Source: Gammaproteobacteria bacterium (lineage in GTDB: Bacteria; Pseudomonadota; Gammaproteobacteria; JBIOEC01). From it: a stretch of 32,000 nt of DNA. Below the pieces are notes generated by a model. It was not told where the DNA came from. It made no database searches and was given only the letters and a program-made list of their open reading frames with translations. The first letter of the stretch is position 1; each line of letters opens with the position of its first letter. The position numbers and the translations under genes were made by a program. This document shows positions 1 to 7,515 of the stretch, piece by piece. Location: assembly GCA_965279305.1 (NCBI GenBank), contig OZ257143.1, positions 1,440,001-1,472,000 of the forward strand, read 5' to 3'.

Positions 1-1707
1 CTTGATTTGACCAGACAGCCTATATTGGCTGCTGAAATTCAAGCATTATCGGATGCATTACCTTTTACCACTACACTAACTTGCTTAACACTTTCTAGTT
101 TGAATCTACTCCCTGAAAATGTTGTGCCCATTATAGATGGTTTGAAAAGAAACACATCTTTGATGAAACTCAGTTTCAAAGATAATTCGTTATTGGGAGA
201 CGGAAGCGTTATAGACATTATAAATGCTATTTTAACTCATCGTAAATTAGAAACGCTTAATTTGTATGGAACGGGTATAAAGAGGGAAACCTTGCAAAAT
301 ATAGTAAATATTTTAAGATCACATGTGGATAGTAAGAAGCCACTTGCTTTAAAGACAATTTTAGTAGATGGCTTTGACTGTGATACATTGGGACTGATTA
401 ATGTTTTTGATAATACTGGAAATTTGCGTCTTGGCATTGTTGATAATGATATTGATATTATCTCCGTTCGTATTAATGAAATGCCAGTACCCGTTGTGAT
501 AGCCACTCCAGCAGTACCTGCTATTCATGAGGAACTACCAACATTGGCGCTAGTGGAACCCATTTCTGCACCAGTGCCTCTTCCAGAGGGAGAACCTGAT
601 TTTCCCTCATATGCGCAACTTCAAAAATTGGATGAATCTAATAGAACTTTGCTTGGTAATATGGATCTTAATTTGCGAGCTGAAATACCTAATCCTCAAG
701 AAATATACGAGTTTCCGATCAATAGAAATAGTAATTTAGGCAAAGGATCTTATGGAGAAGTATTTGCCATAAGACATATGAATACTGGATTATGGATAGC
801 AGTTAAAGAAATGCAGAAAAATAGTGTAACTCAAACATCTTTTGAGCGTGAAATTAGAGCTCTTGTTCCTCTTCGGCCTTCGAATAATATTATTAAAATG
901 TATGGGTATTTTTCCTATGAAAATTCTTATTATTTAGCTCTTGAATTAGCTTTATGTTCGCTTGAACCCGTATTGTATTTGTCTAGTGATTTACGCCATC
1001 CTTTACCCGTATCGATCCGTTTGCGATTTGCTAGAGAGTTCATTGCGGGATTAGTTGCTATGCATGAAAATAATTTTCTTCACTGTGATCTTAAACCAGA
1101 CAATTGTTTGATTGGGCCTGATTTAAATCTACGTATTACTGATTTTGGATCGACAAAGTTGCTAAGAAAAACTCCAGGAGTGAGCAAAGGAATTGCGCCT
1201 AGTCTTTTGTGGGCAGCACCTGAAATTTTTGATGAGGATGAAAGTCGTGCTTCAGCAGCAGCAGATATGTATACTTATGGATTAATAGTTTGGAGCTTTG
1301 CTGCCTCAAAAATAACATATACATCTGCAGATTTGGGTGATGATGTACGAGATACACTAGAAAGACTCAGAGATCAGTATGAAGCTCAAAGATTAATAAA
1401 TGAGTTAGACTCTGATGCCTTACCTATCTTTAAAACTTTGATAGAAAGGTGTGCTGTGTATGAACCCACTGGTCGTTGGACTGCGAAACAAGCCCAGCAG
1501 GCATTATCTGATGTTAAGGAATATCCTGTTACAGAGCAGGATCTTGTTACACTATATGAACGGGTAAAAGGTACTGTCAAAAAGTCATCTTTTCCATTCT
1601 ACCAGTTACCGCGAGCCTCTTTTCCCATATCGCGATCCACAACGGTTGTTCCACCTGACCAAACACCATCCAATCCATCTCCTGCAGCAGCTGCTAGTCC
1701 TAGCTGA
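1..1707 (+). CDS. Leucine-rich-repeat (RI/RanGAP-type) protein fused to a eukaryotic-like Ser/Thr protein kinase; 5' end lies outside the window
   Basis: The frame is open to the window edge, so the TTG at 7 is probably not the true start. The N-terminus has ~28-aa LRRs (LTCLTLSSLNLLPENVVPIIDGLKRNTS, LMKLSFKDNSLLGDGSVIDIINAILTHRK, LETLNLYGTGIKRETLQNIVNIL), followed by a Pro-rich linker. A full set of Hanks kinase motifs follows: GKGSYG (nt 739-756), AVK Lys (805-807), HCDLKPDN (1081-1104), DFG (1141-1149), AAPE, DMYTYG. The stop is TGA at 1705-1707. Confidence 0.85.
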   Translation, partial: LDLTRQPILAAEIQALSDALPFTTTLTCLTLSSLNLLPENVVPIIDGLKRNTSLMKLSFKDNSLLGDGSVIDIINAILTHRKLETLNLYGTGIKRETLQNIVNILRSHVDSKKPLALKTILVDGFDCDTLGLINVFDNTGNLRLGIVDNDIDIISVRINEMPVPVVIATPAVPAIHEELPTLALVEPISAPVPLPEGEPDFPSYAQLQKLDESNRTLLGNMDLNLRAEIPNPQEIYEFPINRNSNLGKGSYGEVFAIRHMNTGLWIAVKEMQKNSVTQTSFEREIRALVPLRPSNNIIKMYGYFSYENSYYLALELALCSLEPVLYLSSDLRHPLPVSIRLRFAREFIAGLVAMHENNFLHCDLKPDNCLIGPDLNLRITDFGSTKLLRKTPGVSKGIAPSLLWAAPEIFDEDESRASAAADMYTYGLIVWSFAASKITYTSADLGDDVRDTLERLRDQYEAQRLINELDSDALPIFKTLIERCAVYEPTGRWTAKQAQQALSDVKEYPVTEQDLVTLYERVKGTVKKSSFPFYQLPRASFPISRSTTVVPPDQTPSNPSPAAAASPS

Positions 1708-1792
1708 TCATAAAGGAATACTGTCTGAAACAAAGCGTTAGCATTATATTGTTTTGCCTTCTACAATAGAAGGAGGAATTAAGGAGAGGTAG

Positions 1793-2599
1793 ATGAACTC
1801 AGTATTGCGCAATGGTTTGTTTTTCATTGTTTGTTTGCTAAGTGGCTTTTCATCTGTTCAGGCCAGAGAAGACAATTACGATTGGATACAATTGCCTGAA
1901 GAAAAAGGTCCTCGTATCTGGATAGGGTTTGAAATAGGTGCTACTGCGCCTACCAGTGACAATCAAACCAATACGACTTATATGCCTAATCCGCCGCTTG
2001 CACCTTTAGCCGATGATTATAAAGAAACGCAAAGAGATGGTAATCTTTTGCTCAGCGCTTTAGTGGGCTATGAATGGGATTTTGATAAAGAAAAGGGCTG
2101 GTTTCCTTCAACACGTTTAGCGCTGGGCTATGAATATTTAACCAGCTCTGATGTTAAAGCGAATATCAATAAATACCAAGAAGAAACCTATTATGATTAT
2201 CAATATCATATTTATTCTAATGTGATTTGGCTGGATGGGCAGCTCGATCTTTTTCAAAATTTTCTATACACCTATTTTGTTCCTTTTATTGACGTGGGTG
2301 TAGGTGTTGCTTTTAACACCTCGTCGGGTTATGACGAAATGCGTATTTCAACGGATGTGCCTGTCAGACAAAGCGCTGATTTTGAAAATGAAACGACTAC
2401 CTCGTTTGCATGGAGAGCCGGTTTGGGTTTAGATTACCGTTCACCTGAATTTAAAGGTTGGACATTAGGCATTATTGCACGTTACAGTGACTTAGGTGAT
2501 GCGCGCACAGGAAAATCTGAGACCTATCCTAGTATAGGAGATTTGGATGTGTCATTAGAAAATATGGAAGCCTTATTTATATTACGCTACACTTTTTAA
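1793..2599 (+). CDS. Outer-membrane beta-barrel protein (OmpA-like/opacity-type small barrel), secreted
   Basis: ATG is preceded by AAGGAGAGG (1781-1789). The signal peptide ends in SSVQA. The sequence has alternating aromatic/aliphatic beta-strand patterns (LALGYEY, VGVGVAF, WRAGLGLDY, LGIIARY) and a C-terminal aromatic residue (RYTF). It is a paralog of the CDS at 28951-29730. Confidence 0.75.
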   Translation: MNSVLRNGLFFIVCLLSGFSSVQAREDNYDWIQLPEEKGPRIWIGFEIGATAPTSDNQTNTTYMPNPPLAPLADDYKETQRDGNLLLSALVGYEWDFDKEKGWFPSTRLALGYEYLTSSDVKANINKYQEETYYDYQYHIYSNVIWLDGQLDLFQNFLYTYFVPFIDVGVGVAFNTSSGYDEMRISTDVPVRQSADFENETTTSFAWRAGLGLDYRSPEFKGWTLGIIARYSDLGDARTGKSETYPSIGDLDVSLENMEALFILRYTF

Positions 2600-2611
2600 T
2601 AGGTTTTCAGG

Positions 2612-4228
2612 ATGAAGACATTGAATATCACTATTTTAAAATTTTTGCTTTTCAATTTGCTGTTGATTATTTCTCCGCTTAGCTATAGTTTTGGAATGAA
2701 TTGCACTAAACCAGTTATCAGCACTCCCTCGGTAGACCAATCGACTCCTTTTAGCTTTGACTGCATTAATACCACCGGCGTTACTTTTGGATCTTATTCT
2801 GTTACTCCTGTGGTACCTGATGGTGTCACCGCAACTGCAACTGCTTGCACGGGGCCAGTGCCACCCAATGCTGTTTGTAGTGTGGATGCAACGGTGACTC
2901 CTTTTATTCCAGGAAACTATAGTATTGATTTTAACGACTTTTACGGCGGCGAAACGCATTACGGTATTTTTTGTAATAATCCTTCTAAAGGCTGCATTGA
3001 CTTTACCACCACTATTCCAGGTACTCCAGGAGCTTTTGAAGCGGGTGCATGTACCACAGGTATTTGTGTAGCTTTAGGCACTGCTTCAAATTCGCCGAAA
3101 ACACCTTTTGTATATCAATCGCTTGATGGTGGTCACACTTGGAATGCAGTAACAGTAGCTGGCATCTCTACTTCTGTTACGTTTACGTCTGCTAACTGTG
3201 TGGGAAGTAATGAAAATGCATATTGTGTAGCGGTTGGGCTAGATAGCATAGCAGGTCGTGTGTTGCTTATTCAAACCACAAATGGTGGAAGCACATGGAG
3301 TCAAGTAAACACTGCAAGTTTTCCATCGAACAGTGAATTTTTAGATGTGGATTGCAGTGATGATGCTGCTATCTGTGTTGCCGCTGGTTTCGTGATTGGA
3401 AGTAGCCCACTCGTTCCTGTATTGGCGCAAACCACCGATGGCGGTGCTACGTGGGCACCAGTCACTATTACAGGTTCGCCGGGAGGCAGGTTAAATGGTG
3501 CTGCTTGTACGGGCAGCGGTGCAAGCGCTTTCTGTATTGCCGCGGGTGCTAATCTTTTTGGAGGCCCACTTCTTGCTCAAACAACTGATCAAGGTGGTTC
3601 CTGGTCTAGTATAACAATAGGAACGTCAGGTAATTTATTTGGTGCTGCTTGTACGGGGGATAATTTTTGCGTAGGTGTAGGCAGAAATTTAGTGTCGGGC
3701 GCTGCTCTTATCGTTCAAAGTATTGATACTGGAGCTAACTGGACCATCCCTGCTATTTCTGGTAGTCCTGTATTAGGCCAATTGTTTGGTGCGGATTGTG
3801 TGGGTAGTGGTGTTGGTGCGGTCTGTATAGCAGCAGGACAAAATTTAACGAGTAGTGCTCCTTTATTGGTGCAAACCTTAAATCAAGGAAGCAACTGGGC
3901 TACCAAAACTATAACTGGAGTGACTTCAGGACTGTTTGCATCGGATCCTAATATTGTTAATTGCAATGCAGCGGCTACTCAATGTATTGCGGTGGGACAA
4001 GGCGCTGGAAGTTCTCCTTTACTCGCACAAACAATAGATAGTGGAAACACCTGGGTCACTGTTGCTATTTCGGGAGGGGTATCTACGGGTAGTTTTAATG
4101 CCGCTGCTTGTATGGGTAGTGGTAGTACGACGCAATGTATTGCTGCGGGAAATAATTCTGGTTCCGGTAATGGATATTTAGTACAAAGTTTAAATCAAGG
4201 TGCTTCGTGGGCGCCGGTTCAAGATTAA
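2612..4228 (+). CDS. Secreted protein: N-terminal Cys-containing Ig-like (ASH/choice-of-anchor-D-like) domain plus eight-bladed BNR/Asp-box (Ycf48-like) beta-propeller
   Basis: There is a signal peptide (MKTLNITILKFLLFNLLLIISPLSYSFG). Eight Asp-box motifs are present: SLDGGHTW, TTNGGSTW, TTDGGATW, TTDQGGSW, SIDTGANW, TLNQGSNW, TIDSGNTW, SLNQGASW. They start at residues 170, 222, 274, 324, 370, 422, 474 and 526. The gap to the upstream OMP gene is 12 nt. Confidence 0.8.
   Translation: MKTLNITILKFLLFNLLLIISPLSYSFGMNCTKPVISTPSVDQSTPFSFDCINTTGVTFGSYSVTPVVPDGVTATATACTGPVPPNAVCSVDATVTPFIPGNYSIDFNDFYGGETHYGIFCNNPSKGCIDFTTTIPGTPGAFEAGACTTGICVALGTASNSPKTPFVYQSLDGGHTWNAVTVAGISTSVTFTSANCVGSNENAYCVAVGLDSIAGRVLLIQTTNGGSTWSQVNTASFPSNSEFLDVDCSDDAAICVAAGFVIGSSPLVPVLAQTTDGGATWAPVTITGSPGGRLNGAACTGSGASAFCIAAGANLFGGPLLAQTTDQGGSWSSITIGTSGNLFGAACTGDNFCVGVGRNLVSGAALIVQSIDTGANWTIPAISGSPVLGQLFGADCVGSGVGAVCIAAGQNLTSSAPLLVQTLNQGSNWATKTITGVTSGLFASDPNIVNCNAAATQCIAVGQGAGSSPLLAQTIDSGNTWVTVAISGGVSTGSFNAAACMGSGSTTQCIAAGNNSGSGNGYLVQSLNQGASWAPVQD
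3044..4225 (+). repeat. Eight tandem ~46-52-aa coding repeats (propeller blades), each with C-x(2-8)-C-[IV]-[AG]-x-G followed by an Asp-box
   Basis: The periodicity is read directly from the translation. Examples are ACTGSGASAFCIAAG...LLAQTTDQGGSW and ADCVGSGVGAVCIAAG...LLVQTLNQGSNW. Confidence 0.7.
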
Positions 4229-4254
4229 TTCAGGGCAAGATTAAAAGAGCAGGA

Positions 4255-5658
4255 ATGATGATGCCAGTTTATATTTTATGGTTAATTATTGGTATTGAAG
4301 GTTTTGTTGCTTTAGCGGCGCAAATGCTCACTATTCGCCAATTAATGCCTTTTGTGGGTAACAGTGTAGTAGTGACCAGTTTAATTATTGGTTTATTTTT
4401 ACTGGCATTGGCGATGGGATATTGGCGTGGCGGACAAATTATTTATGATGGTGCGCAACGATTAATGCGCAATTTTTTATTTGCAGGTGCTTGGTTAGGT
4501 ATTGGTCTTTCGTATGTATTTCTCGCTTATTGGTTTTTATGGGGGCAGCAAATAACAGATTTGCCTTTATATGTATTGTTGCTGGGATATCTTTTAATCG
4601 TTACCGTATTTCCAGTGTATTGGTTAGGACAAACCGTTCCCATCGTGATGAATTTGTGGGAATCTAAACAGCATGCCGGCGTGATCGGGGGGCGAGTATT
4701 ACAAATCAGCACTTTAGGATCTTTTTTAGGCGCCGTGTTAACCAGCTTAGTTCTCATGAATTGGTTAGGTTTAGGCTGGACCGTATTTATTTCGGCTAGT
4801 GCATTGTTAATGTTGTCTTCCATTCTTGTGTTGAAAGACAAAGCTTCTTTTATATGGATACTACTATCGGGCGCTTTAATAGCCTTTATTTATTGGCTTA
4901 ATGTATTAGGAACAGCTCGTTTGTTTGTAGCCACTAATAATTATGCTCAATATCAGGTGATTGAACCTTTCGTGGTTGAAAAAAAATCAGGAAAGTTATT
5001 AATTATTAATAATTCCACCAGCTCTTTTGTAGCCACGGATGGTGGGGCATTTCCTTATATAGAAAAGATCAAAAGTATTATTTTTGATGATATTCAACTT
5101 AAAAATCAATCTATTTTAGTATTAGGCGCGGGTGGTTTTACCTTTTCAGCTCAGGAGATGCATGGCAACGAAGTTACGTATGTGGATATCGATCCTAATA
5201 TTGATCAGATTGTGAAAGATCACTATTTAAAAACAGAAGATAAATTTGTGCCGGGAGATGCCAGGGTGTTTGTGCAACAAACTGAACTTAGATTTCCTGT
5301 GATTATTATTGATGCTTATAGCCACCAATTAACCATTCCTAGTCATTTATTAACGGTAGAATTTTTTGCGGGAGTAAATCATACATTAACACCTAAAGGC
5401 CATGCTATTTTTAATATGGTGGTTGATCCTTTATTGAATGATCCTTATTCTCGCTCAATTGATGAGGGATTACGTGCCGTATTTAAGCAGTGTGTGAGTA
5501 TGCCTTTGCATTATTTAGATAAGTCGGTCAATGTGATTTATGTGTGCGAATTTAATGAACAGTTAGATATGAATAAGGTATTAAGCAGGAAAAATCCTGA
5601 ATACTATACTGATGATCATAATAGAGCTACTTGGGATATGCAGTTTCTAAAAACCTGA
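4255..5658 (+). CDS. Polytopic membrane protein with C-terminal spermidine-synthase-like (class I SAM-dependent/aminopropyltransferase) domain
   Basis: The N-terminal ~230 aa contain multiple hydrophobic helices. The C-terminal part has a Rossmann-type ILVLGAGGFTFS motif, VTYVDIDP and IIIDAYS, typical of the SpeE-like fold. I prefer the ATG cluster at 4255-4263 (AGGA just upstream) over the listed GTG at 4207, which overlaps the upstream gene by 22 nt. Confidence 0.72.
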   Translation: MMMPVYILWLIIGIEGFVALAAQMLTIRQLMPFVGNSVVVTSLIIGLFLLALAMGYWRGGQIIYDGAQRLMRNFLFAGAWLGIGLSYVFLAYWFLWGQQITDLPLYVLLLGYLLIVTVFPVYWLGQTVPIVMNLWESKQHAGVIGGRVLQISTLGSFLGAVLTSLVLMNWLGLGWTVFISASALLMLSSILVLKDKASFIWILLSGALIAFIYWLNVLGTARLFVATNNYAQYQVIEPFVVEKKSGKLLIINNSTSSFVATDGGAFPYIEKIKSIIFDDIQLKNQSILVLGAGGFTFSAQEMHGNEVTYVDIDPNIDQIVKDHYLKTEDKFVPGDARVFVQQTELRFPVIIIDAYSHQLTIPSHLLTVEFFAGVNHTLTPKGHAIFNMVVDPLLNDPYSRSIDEGLRAVFKQCVSMPLHYLDKSVNVIYVCEFNEQLDMNKVLSRKNPEYYTDDHNRATWDMQFLKT

Positions 5659-5662
5659 CTTC

Positions 5663-5769
5663 CTCAAAACATGCGATACTTTGTTAAAAGCCACCCAAAA
5701 ATTGCTCAGGTAGCATGAGTACCCTCCGCTTTTTTGGGTGGCTTTTGCCTCGTCTCGCATTGTTTTGAG
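5663..5769. terminator. Compound rod-like hairpin between convergent genes, probably a bidirectional terminator and possibly a REP/MITE-like element
   Basis: The inner stem is a perfect 16 bp: AAAAGCCACCCAAAAA (5686-5701) pairs with TTTTTGGGTGGCTTTT (5731-5746). The outer stem pairs CTCAAAACATGCGA (5663-5676) with TCGCATTGTTTTGAG (5755-5769) with a 1-nt bulge. A GC core flanked by A and T runs on both sides suits termination in either direction. Confidence 0.55.
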
Positions 5770-5783
5770 ATTGTCAGAATAAT

Positions 5784-7352
5784 TTAGAAGCTTAAGTAGC
5801 GGGCAGCAAAGTCTTGTAAGCTTTCTTTTTCAGATTTTTCTAGCGCTTTGCGATCAGCAATACTCTTTTTGGCTAAGGCCAGCAGTTCTGCATCTTTTTC
5901 TGGCGAAAGCTTTTTCTTTAAAAAATAGGCTTGATGTTGTTCACTCCAATAATGACCAAACTGCACAAAACTGCCATTATGGTAATTTTTCATATCTTGC
6001 AATATTTGCGCAGCTAATGATTTTTCTTGAATAAAACGCTTTTTTTCCACATTTGATACCGATTGTTGGTAAAGCGTGTGCGAATGATGATTATCCAGCA
6101 GAGTAGCGCAAGCGCCTATATTTTCAAATAAATCACGAGCCCATTGACCAAGCTCTATCGGTTTACCTTCTTTATGCAAATGGGTTTTATCATTTTGACC
6201 ATGATAAACGGCTTTGCGAATATTGGATTTAATTTCTTTTATCTCGCCTTCTTTAAAAGTTGGGCTTGGAGACAATAAACACATGAGTAAAAAGCTTTCT
6301 ACAAATCGAATTTCTTCTACCGTAATGCCAACTGGATCATAAGGATTAATATCTAATACTCTTACCTCTACATATTCAATTCCACGTTTGCATAAAGCAT
6401 GAATGGAACGTTCGTTAGGATTAGGTCTGCGTTTGGGGCGAATAGGGCTGTAATATTCAGCTTCTATTTGCAGTAAGTTGGCATTAAGTTGTTCAAACTT
6501 TCCTTCAGCAATAGTGCCGTATTTTTCATATTCGGGTTCTGGGGTTGAAACCATTTTTTTCAAATCGCGTAAATACTCGTCTAAACTATTATATGAAATA
6601 TCAATATGATGTTGTCTGCTATTCTGATAGCCCAAATCACTCATCCTGATTGAAGTTCCTTCGGGGGCATACCAAGTGCCTTCCACTAATTCTTTTATCT
6701 CATCATTAGGTTTACCCAAAAATGTGTGGCAAAAAGCAGGGGATGCGCCAAATAAAGTAATTAATAACCAGCAATAACGCCAATAATTTCTCATCAAATG
6801 AAAATATTGTTGATTAATAAAATCTTGAAGCGGTTGAGTGTCTTTAAGATGAGTTTGATAAAACTCCCAAAACTTTGTTGGAAAAGAAACATTAAGATGA
6901 ATACCCGCGATCACTTGCATGCCTTTTCCATAGCGATGAGCTAAACCTTGCCGATAAATATGTTTTATTTGACCAATATTAGATTTACCATATTCTGCAA
7001 TGCGAATATCACTTTCTTTAGCAAAACTACAGGGCATACTGTCTGTCCACAGTAATTCTTTGCCTATATGATGATAAGTAAAGGTATGTAAATCCATTAA
7101 CCACTCAATGGCTTGCTCAGGAGTGTTAACGGGCGGTGTAATCAGTTCAATTAAGGCTTCCGAGTAGTCGGTTGTGATATAGGGGTGAGTTAGCGTTGTG
7201 CCTAATTCTTTAGGATGTAATGTTTGGGCAATATTACCATCGGGAGTGATCCGTAGGCTTTCTTTTTCAATTCCTCTCTTCATGCCTTGTAATACATGAG
7301 CAGGAAGTTTGTCAGAAAGCTGCTTTGCTTGTTGAAGAAAAAATGAGCTCAC
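5784..7352 (-). CDS. gshA: Glutamate-cysteine ligase (gamma-glutamylcysteine synthetase), E. coli GshA type
   Basis: The length (522 aa) and N-terminal blocks match my recall of E. coli GshA: LQGMKRGIEKESLRITPDG versus LKGIQRGLERETLRVNADG, and LTHPYITTDYSEALIELITPP versus [21 protein letters not shown]. The start is GTG (complement of 7350-7352), with GAGAG upstream. Confidence 0.95.
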   Translation of the reverse strand: MSSFFLQQAKQLSDKLPAHVLQGMKRGIEKESLRITPDGNIAQTLHPKELGTTLTHPYITTDYSEALIELITPPVNTPEQAIEWLMDLHTFTYHHIGKELLWTDSMPCSFAKESDIRIAEYGKSNIGQIKHIYRQGLAHRYGKGMQVIAGIHLNVSFPTKFWEFYQTHLKDTQPLQDFINQQYFHLMRNYWRYCWLLITLFGASPAFCHTFLGKPNDEIKELVEGTWYAPEGTSIRMSDLGYQNSRQHHIDISYNSLDEYLRDLKKMVSTPEPEYEKYGTIAEGKFEQLNANLLQIEAEYYSPIRPKRRPNPNERSIHALCKRGIEYVEVRVLDINPYDPVGITVEEIRFVESFLLMCLLSPSPTFKEGEIKEIKSNIRKAVYHGQNDKTHLHKEGKPIELGQWARDLFENIGACATLLDNHHSHTLYQQSVSNVEKKRFIQEKSLAAQILQDMKNYHNGSFVQFGHYWSEQHQAYFLKKKLSPEKDAELLALAKKSIADRKALEKSEKESLQDFAARYLSF

Positions 7353-7515
7353 TCAGTTATCTCTCTTTATTATGCTGGAGGTTTATCTTGACCTTTTATG
7401 TTCCGGGCACGCTATATTATATACTTGCTTGCTTAAATCACACAGCGGATCAAAACTTGGTTATAATTGAATTCATTATACCTCATAACTGCTGCTCAAC
7501 ATCGGGTGAAATATT

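Noticed and set aside
4207-4254. Listed GTG start of the SpeE-like membrane protein.
   Set aside because: It would overlap the upstream propeller gene by 22 nt and add a non-hydrophobic MGAGSRLIQGKIKRAG extension. The triple ATG at 4255-4263, with AGGA upstream, begins directly at the first TM helix.
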